DNA from: Eledone cirrhosa
Taxonomy: Eukaryota
DNA length: 64,000 nucleotides
Assembly: GCA_964016885.1 (NCBI GenBank)
Contig: OZ024741.1
Span: 22,010,001 to 22,074,000 of the forward strand
Direction: 5' to 3'
Shown one piece after another: positions 27,301 to 44,992 of the stretch (position 1 is the stretch's first letter; the number at the start of each line of letters is the position of its first letter). The notes below the pieces were generated by a model, which saw only the letters and a program-made list of their open reading frames with translations, was not told the origin of the DNA and did no database searches. A program made the position numbers and the translations under genes.

Positions 27301-30300
27301 CCACCACCACTAACAATACCGCCACACCACCACCGCCACTAACAATACCGCCACACCACCACCACCGCCACTAACAATACCGCCACACCACCACTAACAA
27401 TACCGCCACACCACCACCACCACTAACAATACCACCACACCACCACCACCACCACTAACAATACCGCCACACCACCACCACCACTAACAATACCGCCACA
27501 CCACCACCACCACCACTAACAATACCGCCACACCACCACCGCCACTAACAATACCGCCACACCGCCACCACCACTAACAATACCGCCACACCACCACCAC
27601 CACTAACAATACCGCCACACCACCACCACCGCCACTAACAATACCGCCACACCACCACTAACAATACCGCCACACCACCACCACCACTAACAATACCGCC
27701 ACACCACCACCACCACCACTAACAATACCGCCACACCGCCACCACCACTAACAATACCGCCACACCACCACCACCACCACTAACAATACCGCCACACCAC
27801 CACCACCACCACTAACAATACCGCCACACCACCACCGCCACTAACAATACCGCCACACCACCACCGCCACTAACAATACCGCCACACCACCACCACCACT
27901 AACAATACCGCCACACCACCACCACCACCACTAACAATACCGCCACACCACCACCGCCACTAACAATACCGCCACACCACCACCACCACTAACAATACCG
28001 CCACACCACCACCACCACTAACAATACCGCCACACCACCACCGCCACTAACAATACCGCCACACCACCACCACCACTAACAATACCGCCACACCGCCACC
28101 ACCACTAACAATACCGCCACACCACCACCGCCACTAACAATACCGACACACCACCACCACCACTAACAATACCGCCACACCACCACCGCCACTAACAATA
28201 CCGCCACACCACCACCACCACCACTAACAATACCGCCACACCGCCACCACCACTAACAATACCGCCACACCACCACCGCCACTAACAATACCGCCACACC
28301 ACCACCACCACTAACAATACCGCCACACCGCCACCACCACTAACAATACCGCCACACCACCACCACCACTAACAATACCGCCACACCACCACCGCCACTA
28401 ACAATACCGCCACACCACCACTAACAATACCGCCACACCACCACCACCACTAACAATACCGCCACACCACCACCACCACTAACAATACCGCCACACCACC
28501 ACCACCACCACTAACAATACCGCCACACCACCACCACCACTAACAATACCGCCACACCACCACCGCCACTAACAATACCGCCACACCACCACTAACAATA
28601 CCGCCACACCACCACCACCACTAACAATACCGCCACACCACCACCACCACTAACAATACCGCCACACCACCACCACCACCACTAACAATACCGCCACACC
28701 ACCACTAACAATACCACCACCACCACTAACAATACCACCACACCACCACCACCACTAACAATACCGCCACCACCACTAACAATACCGCCACCACCACTAA
28801 CAATACCACCACACCACCACCACCACTAACAATACCACCACCACCACTAACAATACCACCACCACCACTAACAATACCGCCACCACCACTAACAATACCG
28901 CCACCACCACTAACAATACCACCACACCACCACCACCACTAACAATACCACCACCACCACTAACAATACCGCCACCACCACTAACAATACCGCCACCACC
29001 ACTAAAATACCACCACACCACCACCACCACTAACAATACCGCCACCACCACTAACAATACCACCACCACCACTATCAATACCATCACCACCACTAACAAT
29101 ACCACCACCACCACTAACAATACCGCCACCACCACTAACAATACCGCCACCACCACTAACAATACCACCACACCACCACCACCACTAACAATACCGCCAC
29201 CACCACTAACAATACCGCCACCACCACTAACAATACCACCACACCACCACCACCACTAACAATACCACCACCACCACTAACAATACCACCACCACCACTA
29301 ACAATACCGCCACCACCACTAACAATACCACCACACCACCACCACCACTAACAATACCACCACCACCACTAACAATACCGCCACCACCACTAACAATACC
29401 GCCACCACCACTAACAATACCACCACACCACCACCACCACTAACAATACCGCCACCACCACTAACAATACCACCACCACCACTAACAATACCACCACCAC
29501 CACTAACAATACCACCACCACCACCACTAACAATACCGCCACCACCACTAACAATACCGCCACCACCACTAACAATACCACCACACCACCACCACCACTA
29601 ACAATACCGCCACCACCACTAACAATACCGCCACCACCACTAACAATACCACCACACCACCACCACCACTAACAATACCACCACCACCACTAACAATACC
29701 ACCACCACCACTAACAATACCGCCACCACCACTAACAATACCGCCACCACCACTAACAATACCACCACACCACCACCACCACTAACAATACCACCACCAC
29801 CACTAACAATACCGCCACCACCACTAACAATACCGCCACCACCACTAACAATACCACCACACCACCACCAACAATACCACCACCACCACTAACAATACCG
29901 CCACCACCACTAACAATACCACCACACCACCACCACCACTAACAATACCGCCACCACCACTAACAATACCGCCATCACCACTAACAATACCGCCACACCA
30001 CCACCACCACTAACAATACCACCACCACCACTAACAATACCGCCACCACCACTAACAATACCGCCACCACCACTAACAATACCGCCACCACCACTAACAA
30101 TACCGCCACCACCACTAACAATACCGCCACACCACCACCACCACTAACAATACCGCCACCACCACTAACAATACCGCCACCACCACTAACAATACCACCA
30201 CACCACCACCACCACTAACAATACCACCACCACCACTAACAATACCGCCACCACCACTAACAATACCACCACACCACCACCACCACTAACAATACCACCA

Positions 30301-33300
30301 CCACCACTAACAATACCGCCACCACCACTAACAATACCACCACACCACCACCACCACTAACAATACCGCCACCACCACTAACAATACCGCCACCACCACT
30401 AACAATACCGCCACCACCACTAACAATACCGCCACCACCACTAACAATACCGCCACCACCACTAACAATACCGCCACACCACCACCACCACTAACAATAC
30501 CGCCACCACCACTAACAATACCGCCACCACCACTAACAATACCACCACACCACCACCACCACTAACAATACCGCCATCACCACTAACAATACCGCCACCA
30601 CCACTAACAATACCGCCACACCACCACCACCACTAACAATACCGCCACCACCACTAACAATACCGCCACCACCACTAACAATACCGCCACACCACCACCA
30701 CCACTAACAATACCGCCACCACCACTAACAATACCGCCACCACCACTAACAATACCACCACACCACCACCACCACTAACAATACCGCCATCACCACTAAC
30801 AATACCGCCACCACCACTAACAATACCGCCACACCACCACCACCACTAACAATACCGCCACCACCACTAACAATACCGCCACCACCACTAACAATACCAC
30901 CACACCACCACCACCACTAACAATACCGCCACCACCACTAACAATACCGCCATCACCACTAACAATACCGCCACACCACCACCACCACTAACAATACCAC
31001 CACACCACCACCACCACCACTAACAATACCGACACACCACCACCACCACTAACAATACCGCCACACCACCACCACCACCACTAACAATACCGACACACCA
31101 CCACCACCACCACTAACAATACCGCCACACCACCACCACCACCACTAACAATACCGCCACACCACCACCACCACTAACAATACCGCCACACCACCACTAA
31201 CAATACCGCCACACCACCACCACCACTAACAATACCGCCACACCACCACCACCACCACTAACAATACCGCCACACCGCCACCACCACTAACAATACCGCC
31301 ACACCACCACCACCACCACTAACAATACCGCCACACCACCACCGCCACTAACAATACCGCCACACCACCACCACCACTAACAATACCGCCACACCACCAC
31401 TAACAATACCGCCACACCGCCACCACCACTAACAATACCGCCACACCACCACCACCACTAACAATACCGCCACACCACCACCACCACTAACAATACCGCC
31501 ACACCACCACCACTAACAATACCGCCACACCACCACCACCACTAACAATACCGCCACACCACCACCACCACCACTAACAATACCGCCACACCACCACCAC
31601 CACTAACAATACCGCCACACCACCACCACCACCACTAACAATACCGACACACCACCACCACCACTAACAATACCGCCACACCACCACCACCACCACTAAC
31701 AATACCGACACACCACCACCACCACCACTAACAATACCGCCACACCACCACCACCACCACTAACAATACCGCCACACCACCACCACCACTAACAATACCG
31801 CCACACCACCACTAACAATACCGCCACACCACCACCACCACTAACAATACCGACACACCACCACCACCACTAACAATACCGCCACACCACCACCACCACT
31901 AACAATACCGCCACACCACCACTAACAATACCGCCACACCACCACCACCACTAACAATACCGCCACACCACCACCACCACTAACAATACCGCCACACCAC
32001 CACCACCACTAACAATACCGCCACACCACCACCACCACTAACAATACCGCCACACCACCACCACCACTAACAATACCGCCACACACCACCACCACTAACA
32101 ATACCGCCACACCACCACCACCACTAACAATACCGCCACACCACCACCACCACTAACAATACCGCCACACCACCACCGCCACTAACAATACCGCCACACC
32201 ACCACTAACAATACCGCCACACCACCACCACCACTAACAATACCGCCACACCACCACCACCACTAACAATACCGCCACACCACCACCACCACCACTAACA
32301 ATACCGCCACACCACCACCACCACTAACAATACCGCCACACCACCACCGCCACTAACAATACCGCCACACCACCACCACTAACAATACCGCCACACCACC
32401 ACCACCACTAACAATACCGCCACACCACCACCACCACTAACAATACCGCCACACCACCACCACCACCACTAACAATACCGCCACACCACCACTAACAATA
32501 CCACCACCACCACTAACAATACCACCACACCACCACCACCACTAACAATACCGCCAACCACCACTAACAATACCGCCACCACCACTAACAATACCACCAC
32601 ACCACCACCACCACTAACAATACCACCACCACCACTAACAATACCACCACCACCACTAACAATACCGCCACCACCACTAACAATACCGCCACCACCACTA
32701 ACAATACCACCACACCACCACCACCACTAACAATACCACCACCACCACTAACAATACCGCCACCACCACTAACAATACCGCCACCACCACTAAAATACCA
32801 CCACACCACCACCACCACTAACAATACCGCCACCACCACTAACAATACCACCACCACCACTATCAATACCATCACCACCACTAACAATACCACCACCACC
32901 ACTAACAATACCGCCACCACCACTAACAATACCGCCACCACCACTAACAATACCACCACACCACCACCACCACTAACAATACCGCCACCACCACTAACAA
33001 TACCGCCACCACCACTAACAATACCACCACACCACCACCACCACTAACAATACCACCACCCTACCACTAACAATACCACCACCACCACTAACAATACCGC
33101 CACCACCACTAACAATACCACCACACCACCACCACCACTAACAATACCGACCACCACCACTAACAATACCGCCACCACCACTAACAATACCGCCACCACC
33201 ACTAACAATACCACCACACCACCACCACCACTAACAATACCGCCACCACCACTAACAATACCACCACCACCACTAACAATACCACCACCACCACTAACAA

Positions 33301-36300
33301 TACCACCACCACCACCACTAACAATACCGCCACCACCACTAACAATACCGCCACCACCACTAACAATACCACCACACCACCACCACCACTAACAATACCG
33401 CCACCACCACTAACAATACCGCCACCACCACTAACAATACCACCACACCACCACCACCACTAACAATACCACCACCACCACTAACAATACCACCACCACC
33501 ACTAACAATACCGCCACCACCACTAACAATACCGCCACCACCACTAACAATACCACCACACCACCACCACCACTAACAATACCACCACCACCACTAACAA
33601 TACCGCCACCACCACTAACAATACCGCCACCACCACTAACAATACCACCACACCACCACCAACAATACCACCACCACCACTAACAATACCGCCACCACCA
33701 CTAACAATACCACCACACCACTAACAATACCGCCACCACCACTAACAATACCGCCACCACCACTAACAATACCGCCACACCACCACCACCACTAACAATA
33801 CCGCCACCACCACTAACAATACCGCCACCACCACTAACAATACCGCCATCACCACTAACAATACCGCCACACCACCACCACCACTAACAATACCACCACC
33901 ACCACTAACAATACCGCCACCACCACTAACAATACCGCCACCACCACTAACAATACCGCCACCACCACTAACAATACCGCCACCACCACTAACAATACCG
34001 CCACACCACCACCACCACTAACAATACCGCCACCACCACTAACAATACCGCCACCACCACTAACAATACCACCACACCACCACCACCACTAACAATACCA
34101 CCACCACCACTAACAATACCGCCACCACCACTAACAATACCACCACACCACCACCACCACTAACAATACCACCACCACCACTAACAATACCGCCACCACC
34201 ACTAACAATACCACCACACCACCACCACCACTAACAATACCGCCACCACCACTAACAATACCGCCACCACCACTAACAATACCGCCACCACCACTAACAA
34301 TACCGCCACCACCACTAACAATACCGCCACCACCACTAACAATACCGCCACACCACCACCACCACTAACAATACCGCCACCACCACTAACAATACCGCCA
34401 CCACCACTAACAATACCACCACACCACCACCACCACTAACAATACCGCCATCACCACTAACAATACCGCCACCACCACTAACAATACCGCCACACCACCA
34501 CCACCACTAACAATACCGCCACCACCACTAACAATACCGCCACCACCACTAACAATACCGCCACACCACCACCACCACTAACAATACCGCCACCACCACT
34601 AACAATACCGCCACCACCACTAACAATACCACCACACCACCACCACCACTAACAATACCGCCATCACCACTAACAATACCGCCACCACCACTAACAATAC
34701 CGCCACACCACCACCACCACTAACAATACCGCCACCACCACTAACAATACCGCCACCACCACTAACAATACCACCACACCACCACCACCACTAACAATAC
34801 CGCCACCACCACTAACAATACCGCCATCACCACTAACAATACCGCCACACCACCACCACCACTAACAATACCACCACACCACCACCACCACTAACAATAC
34901 CGCCACCACCACTAACAATACCGCCACACCACCACCACCACTAACAATACCGCCACACCACCACCACCACTAACAATACCGCCACCACCACTAACAATAC
35001 GGCCACACCGCCACCACCACTAACAATACCGCCACCACCACTAACAATACCACCACACCACCACCACCACTAACAATACCGCCACACCACCACCACCACT
35101 AACAATACCGCCACACAACCACCACCACCACTAACAATACCGCCACCACCACTAACAATACCACCACACCACCACCACCACTAACAATACCGCCACACCA
35201 CCACTAACAATACCGCCACACCACCACCTAACAATACCGCCACACCGCCACCACCACTAACAATACCGCCACCACCACAAACAATACCGCCACACCACCA
35301 CCACCACTAACAATACCGCCACCACCACTAACAATACCACCACACCACCACCACCACTAACAATACCGCCACACCACCACCACCACAAACAATAACGCCA
35401 CACCACCACCAGCACTAACAATACCGCCACACCACCACCACCACTAACAATACCGCCACACCATCACCACCACTAACAATACCGCCACACCGCCACCACC
35501 ACAAACAATACCGCCACCACCACTAACAATACCACCACACCACCACCACCACTAACAATACCGCCACACCACCACCACCACAAACAATAACGCCACACCA
35601 CCACCACCACTAACAATACCGCCACACCACCACCACCACAAACAATACCGCCACACCACCACCACCACTAACAATACCGCCACCACCACTAACAATACCG
35701 CCACACCACCACCACCACTAACAATACCGCCACACCGCCACCACCACTAACAATACCGCCACCACCACAAACAATACCGCCACACCACCACCACCACTAA
35801 CAATACCGCCACACCACCACCACCACTAACAATACCGCCACACCACCACCACCACAAACAATAACGCCACACCACCACCACCACTAACAATACCGCCACA
35901 CCACCACCACCACTACAATACCGCCACACCACCACCACCACTAGCAATACCGCCACACCGCCACCACCACTAACAATACCGCCACACCACCACCACCACT
36001 AACAATACCGCCACACCACCACTAACAATACCGCCACACCACCACCACCACTAACAATACCGCCACACCACCACTAACAATACCACCACACCACCACCAC
36101 TAACAATACCGCCACCACCACAAACAATACCGCCACACCACCACTAACAATACCACCACACCACCACCACTAACAATACCGCCACCACCACTAACAATAC
36201 CGCCACACCACCACTAACAATACCGCCACACCACCACCACCACTAACAATACCGCCACACCACCACTAACAATACCACCACACCACCACCACTAACAATA

Positions 36301-39300
36301 CCGCCACCACCACAAACAATACCGCCACACCACCACCACCACTAACAATACCGCCACCACCACTAACAATACCGCCACACCGCCACCACCACTAACAATA
36401 CCGCCACACCGCCACCACCACTAACAATACCGCCACCACCACAAACAATACCGCCACACCACCACCACCACTAACAATACCGCCACAACACCACCACCAC
36501 TAACAATACCGCCACACCACCACTAACAATACCGCCACACCACCACCACCACTAACAATACCGCCACACTGCCACCACCACTAACAATACCGCCACACCA
36601 CCACTAACAATACCGCCACACCACCACCACCACTAACAATACCGCCACACCACCACTAACAATACCGCCACACCGCCACCACCACTAACAATACCGCCAC
36701 ACCACCACCACCACCACCACTAACAATACCGCCACACCACCACTAACAATACCGCCACACCACCACCACCACTAACAATACCGACACCACCACTAACAAT
36801 ACCGCCACACCACCACTAACAATACCGCCACACCACCACCACCACTAACAATACCGCCACACCGCCACCACCACTAACAATACCGCCACACCACCACTAA
36901 CAATACCGCCACACCACCACCACCACTAACAATACCGCCACACCACCACTAACAATACCGCCACACCACCACCACCACTAACAATACCGCCACACCACCA
37001 CTAACAATACCGCCACACCGCCACCACCACTAACAATACCGCCACACCACCACCACCACCACTAACAATACCGCCACACCACCACAAACAATACCGCCAC
37101 ACCACCACCACCACTAACAATACCGACACCACCACTAACAATATGGCCACACCACCACCACCACCACTAACAATACCGCCACACCACCACCACCACTAAC
37201 AATACCGCCACACCGCCACCACCACTAACAATACCGCCACACCACCACTAACAATACCGCCACACCACCACTAACAATACCGCCACACCACCACCACCAC
37301 TAACAATACCGCCACACCACCACTAACAATACCGCCACACCGCCACCACCACTAACAATACCGCCACACCACCACCACCACAAACAATACCGCCACACCA
37401 CCACTAACAATACCGCCACACCACCACCACCACTAACAATACCGCCACACCACCACTAACAATACCGCCACACCACCACCACCACTAACAATACCGCCAC
37501 ACCACCACTAACAATACCGCCACACCGCCACCACCACTAACAATACCGCCACACCACCACCACCACCACTAACAATACCGCCACACCACCACTAACAATA
37601 CCGACACCACCACTAACAATACCGCCACACCACCACCACCACCACTACAATACCGCCACACCGCCACCACCACTAACAATACCGCCACACCACCACCACC
37701 ACTAACAATACCGCCACACCGCCACCACCACTAACAATACCGCCACACCACCACCACCACCACTACAATACCGCCACACCGCCACCACCACTAACAATAC
37801 CGCCACACCACCACTAACAATACCGCCACACCACCACCACCACTAACAATACCGCCACACCACCACCACCACTAACAATACCGCCACACCGCCACCACCA
37901 CTAACAATACCGCCACACCACCACCACCACCACTACAATACCGCCACACCGTCACCACCACTAACAATACCGCCACACCACCACCACCACTAACAATACC
38001 GCCACACCACCACTAACAATACCGCCACACCACCACCACCACTAACAATACCGCCACACCACCACCACCACTAACAATACCGCCACACCACCACCACCAC
38101 TAACAATACCGCCACACCACCACCACCACTAACGATACCGCCACACCGCCACCACCACTAACGATACCGCCACACCGCCACCACCACTAACAATACCGCC
38201 ACACCACCACCACCACTAACAATACCGCCACACCACCACCACCACCACTAACAATACCGCCACACCACCACCACTAACAATACCGCCACACCACCACCAC
38301 CACTAACGATACCGCCACACCGCCACCACCACAAACAATACCGCCACACCACCACCACCACTAACAATACCGCCACACCACCACCACCACTAACGATACC
38401 GCCACACCGCCACCACCACTAACAATACATTCACACCGCCACCACCACAAACAATACCGCCACACCACCACCACCACAAACAATACCGCCACACCACCAC
38501 CACCACTAACAATACCGCCACACCACCACCACCACTAACGATACCGCCACACCGCCACCACCACTAACAATACATTCACACCGCCACCACCACAAACAAT
38601 ACCGCCACACCACCACCACCACAAACAATACCGCCACACCACCACCACCACTAACAATACCGCCACACCACCACCACCACTAACGATACCGCCACACCGC
38701 CACCACCACTAACAATACATTCACACCGCCACCACCACAAACAATACCGCCACACCACCACCACCACAAACAATACCGCCACACCACCACCACCACTAAC
38801 AATACCGCCACACCACCACCACCACTAACGATACCGCCACACCGCCACCACCACTAACAATACATTCACACCGCCACCACCACTAACAATACCGCCACAC
38901 CACCACCACCACTAAGAATACCGCCACACCACCACCACCACAAACAATACCGCCACGCCGCCACCACCACTAACAATACCGCCACACCACCACCACCACA
39001 AACAATACCGCCACGCGGCCACCACCACTAACAATACCGCCACACCACCACCACCACTAACAATACCGACACACCACCACCACCACTAACAATACCGCCA
39101 CACCGCCACCACCACTAACAATACCGCCACACCGCCACCACCACTAACAATACCGCCACGCCGCCACCACCACTAGCAATACCGCCACACCACCACCACC
39201 ACTAGCAATACCGCCACACCACCACCACCACTAACAATACCGCCACACCACCACCACCACTAACAATACCGCCACGCCGCCACCACCACTAGCAATACCG

Positions 39301-42300
39301 CCACACCACCACCACCACTAGCAATACCGCCACACCACCACCACCACTAGCAATATCGCCACACCACCACCACCACTAACAATACCGCCACACCACCACC
39401 ACCACTACAATACCGCCACACCACCACCACCACTAACAATACCGCCACACCGCCACCACCACTAACAATACCGCCACGCCGCCACCACCACAAACAATAC
39501 CGCCACGCCGCCACCACCACTAACAATACCGGCACGCCGCCACCACCACTAGCAATACCGCCACACCGCCACCACTAATAGCAATACCGCCACACCACCA
39601 CCACCACGAACAATACCGCCACACCACCACCACCACGAACAATACCGCCACACCACCACCACCACTACAATACCGCCACACCACCACCACCACTAACAAT
39701 ACCGCCACACCACCACCACCACTACAATACCGCCACACCACCACCACCACGAACAATACCGCCACACCGCCACCACCACTAACAATACCGCCACACCGCC
39801 ACCACCACTAACAATACCGCCACACCACCACCACCACGAACAATACCGCCACACCGCCACCACCACGAACAATACCGCCACACCACCACCACCACGAACA
39901 ATACCGCCACACCGCCACCACCACTAACAATACCGCCACACCACCACCACCACTAACAATACCGCCACACCACCACCACCACGAACAATACCGCCACACC
40001 GCCACCACCACTAACAATACCGCCACACCGCCACCACCACTAGCAATACCGCCACACCACCACCACCACGAACAATACCGCCACACCGCCACCACCACTA
40101 ACAATACCGCCACACCACCACCACCACGAACAATACCGCCACACCACCACCACCACTAACAATACCGCCACCACCACTAACAATACCACCACACCACCAC
40201 AACCACTAACAATACCGCCAGACCGCCACCACCACAAACAATACCGCCACACCACCACCACCACTAACAATACCGCCACACCACCACCACCACCACTAAC
40301 AATACCGACACACCACCACCACCACTAACAATACCGCCAGACCGCCACCACCACAAACAATACCGCCACACCACCACCACTAACAATACCGCCACACCAC
40401 CACCACCACTAACAATACCGCCACACCGCCACCACCACTAACAATACCGCCACACCACCACCACTAACAATACCGCCACACCACCACCACCACTAACAAT
40501 ACCGCCACACCACCACCACTAACAATACCGCCACACCACCACCACCACTAACAATACCGCCACACCACCACCACCACTAACAATACCGCCACACCGCCAC
40601 CACCACTAACAATACCGCCACACCACCACCACTAACAATACCGCCACACCACCACCACCACCACTAACAATACCGCCACACCGCCACCACCACTAACAAT
40701 ACCGCCACACCACCACCACCACTAACAATACCGCCACACCACCACCACCACTAACAATACCGCCACACCACCACCACCACTAACAATACCGCCACACCGC
40801 CACCACCACTAACAATACCGCTACACCACCACTAACAATACCGCCACACCACCACCACCACAAACAATACCGCCACGCCGCCACCACCACTAACAATACC
40901 GCCACACCACCACCACCACTAACAATACCGACACACCGCCACCACCACTAACAATACCGCCACACCGCCACCACCACTAACAATACCGCCACACCACCAC
41001 CACCACTAACAATACCGCCACACCGCCACCACCACTAACAATACCGCCACACCACCACCACCACTAACAATACCGACACACCGCCACCACCACTAACAAT
41101 ACCGCCACACCGCCACCACCACTAACAATACCGCCACACCACCACCACCACTAACAATACCGCCACACCACCACCACTAACAATACCGCCACACCACCAC
41201 CACCACTAACAATACCGCCACACCGCCACCACCACTAACAATACCGCCACACCACCACCACCACAAACAATACCGCCACGCCGCCACCACCACTAACAAT
41301 ACCGCCACACCGCCACCACCACTAACAATACCGCCACACCACCACTAACAATACCGCCACACCACCACCACCACAAACAATACCGCCACGCCGCCACCAC
41401 CACTAACAATACCGCCACACCACCACCACCACTAACAATACCGACACACCGCCACCACCACTAACAATACCGCCACACCGCCACCACCACTAACAATACC
41501 GCCACACCACCACCACCACCACTAACAATACCGCCACACCACCACCACCACCACTAGCAATACCGCCACACCACCACCACCACCACTAGCAATACCGCCA
41601 CACCACCACCACCACAAACAATACCGCCACACCACCACCGCCACTAACAATACCGCCACACCACCACCACCACCACTAGCAATACCGCCACACCACCACC
41701 ACCTCTAACAATACCGCCACACCACCACCACCACAAACAATACCGCCACACCACCACCGCCACTAACAATACCGCCACACCACCACCACCACTAACAATA
41801 CCGCCACACCACCACCACCACTAACAATACCGCCACACCACCACCACCACGAACAATACCGCCACACCACCACCACCACTAACAATACCGCCACACCACC
41901 ACCACCACCACTAACAATACCGCCACACCACCACCGCCACTAACAATACCGCCACACCGCCACCACCACTAACAATACCGCCACACCACCACCACCACCA
42001 CGAACAATACCGCCACACCACCACCACCACTAACAATACCGCCACACCACCACCACCACTAACAATACCGCCACACCACCACCGCCACTAACAATACCGC
42101 CACACCGCCACCACCACTAACAATACCGCCACACCGCCACCACCACTAACAATACCGCCACACCGCCACCACCACTAACAATACCGCCACACCACCACCA
42201 CGACTAACAATACCGACACACCACCACCACCACTAACGATACCGCCACACCACCACACCACTAACAATACCGCCACACCGCCACCACCACTAACAATACC

Positions 42301-44992
42301 GCCACACCGCCACCACCACGAACAATACCGCCACACCGCCACCACCACTAACAATACCGCCACACCACCACCACCACTAACAATACCGCCACACCACCAC
42401 CACCACGAACAATACCGCCACACCACCACCACCACTAACAATACCGCCACACCACCACCACCACTAACAATACCGCCACACCACCACCACCACTAACAAT
42501 ACCGCCACACCACCACCACCACTAACAATACCGCCACACCACCACCACCACGAACAATACCGCCACACCACCACCACCACCACTAACAATACCGCCACAC
42601 CACCACCACCACGAACAATACCGCCACACCACCACCATCACTAACAATACCGCCACACCACCACCACCACTAACAATACCGCCACACCACCACCACCACT
42701 AACAATACCGCCACACCACCACCACCACTAACAATACCGCCACACCACCACCACCACGAACAATACCGCCACACCACCACCACCACTAACAATACCGCCA
42801 CACCACCACCACCACTAACAATACCGCCACACCACCACCACCACTAACAATACCGCCACACCACCACTAACAATACCGCCACACCACCACTAACAATACC
42901 GCCACACCACCACCACCACTAACAATACCGCCACACCACCACCACCACTAACAATACCGCCACACCACCACCACCACTAACAATACCGCCACACCACCAC
43001 CACCACTAACAATACCGCCACACCACCACCACCACTAACAATACCGCCACACCACCACCACCACTACTATACCGCCACACCACCACCACCACTAACAATA
43101 CCGCCACACCACCACTAACAATACCGCCACACCACCACCACCACCACTAACAATACCGCCACACCACCACCACCACTAACAATACCGCCACACCACCACC
43201 ACCACTAACAATACCGCCACACCACCACCACCACTAACAATACCGCCACACCACCACCACCACGAACAATACCGCCACACCACCACCACCACTAACAATA
43301 CCGCCACACCACCACCACCACTAACAATACCGCCACACCACCACCACCACTAACAATACCGCCACACCACCACCACCACTAACAATACCGCCACACCACC
43401 ACCACCACTAACAATACCGCCACACCACCACCACCACTACTATACCGCCACACCACCACCACCACTAACAATACCGCCACACCACCACTAACAATACCGC
43501 CACACCACCACCACCACCACTAACAATACCGCCACACCACCACCACCACTAACAATACCGCCACACCACCACCACCACTAACAATACCGCCACACCACCA
43601 CCACCACTAACAATACCGCCACACCACCACCACCACGAACAATACCGCCACACCACCACCACCACTAACAATACCGCCACACCACCACCACCACTAACAA
43701 TACCGCCACACCACCACCACCACTAACAATACCGCCACACCACCACCACCACTAACAATACCGCCACACCACCACCACCACTAACAATACCGCCACACCA
43801 CCACCACCACTACTATACCGCCACACCACCACCACCACTAACAATACCGCCACACCACCACTAACAATACCGCCACACCACCACCACCACCACTAACAAT
43901 ACCGCCACACCACCACCACCACTAACAATACCGCCACACCACCACCATCACGAACAATACCGCCACACCACCACCACCACTAACAATACCGCCACACCAC
44001 CACCACTAACAATACCTCCACACCGCCACCACCACTAACAATACCGCCACACCGCCACCGCCACTAACAATACCGACACACCACCACCACCACTAACAAT
44101 ACCGCCACACCGCCACCACCACTAACAATACCGCCACACCACCACCACCACTAACAATACCGCCACACCGCCACCACCACTAACAATACCGCCACACCGC
44201 CACCACCACTAACAATACCGCCACACCGCCACCACCACTAACAATACCGCCACACCGCCACCACCACTAACAATACCGACACACCACCACCACCACCACT
44301 AACAATACCGACACACCACCACCACCACCACTAACAATACCGACACACCACCACCACCACTAACAATACCGCCACACCGCCACCACCACTAACAATACCG
44401 CCACACCGCCACCACCACTAACAATACCTCCACACCGCCACCACCACTAACAATACCGCCACACCGCCACCGCCACTAACAATACCGACACACCACCACC
44501 ACCACCACTAACAATACCGACACACCACCACCACCACCACTAACAATACCGCCACACCACCACCACCACTAACAATACCGCCACACCACCACCACTAACA
44601 ATACCGCCACACCACCACCACCACTAACAATACCGCCACACCACCACCACCACTAACAATACCGCCACACCACCACCACCACTAACAATACCGCCACACC
44701 GCCACCACCACTAACAATACCGACACACCACCACCACCACTAACAATACCGCCACACCACCACCACTACTAACAATACCGCCACACCACCACCACCACTA
44801 GCAATACCGCCACACCACCACCACCACTAACAATACCGCCACACCACCACCACCACTAACAATACCGCCACACCACCACCACCACTAACAATACCGCCAC
44901 ACCACCACCACCACTAACAATACCGCCACACCACCACCACCACTAACAATACCGACACACCACCACCACCACCACTAACAATACCGACACAC
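18301..44992. repeat. ~26.7-kb C-rich satellite, unit ACTAACAATACCGCCAC(ACC)n (29 bp main; 21/23/26/32-bp variants)
   Basis: Direct reading. 21-bp-rich domains lie at ~28.7-31.0 and ~32.5-34.9 kb; more diverged variants lie at 35-44 kb. Confidence 0.97.

Noticed and set aside
26193-42450. Many short 'VVVVWRYC/GGIVSGGGG' ORFs
   Set aside because: Chance loss of the TAG stop in satellite units.
4762-44992. Interstitial telomere or chromosome fusion site
   Set aside because: No tandem (TTAGGG)n; only an isolated TAGGGTT per 45-bp unit, despite the G-rich to C-rich polarity.
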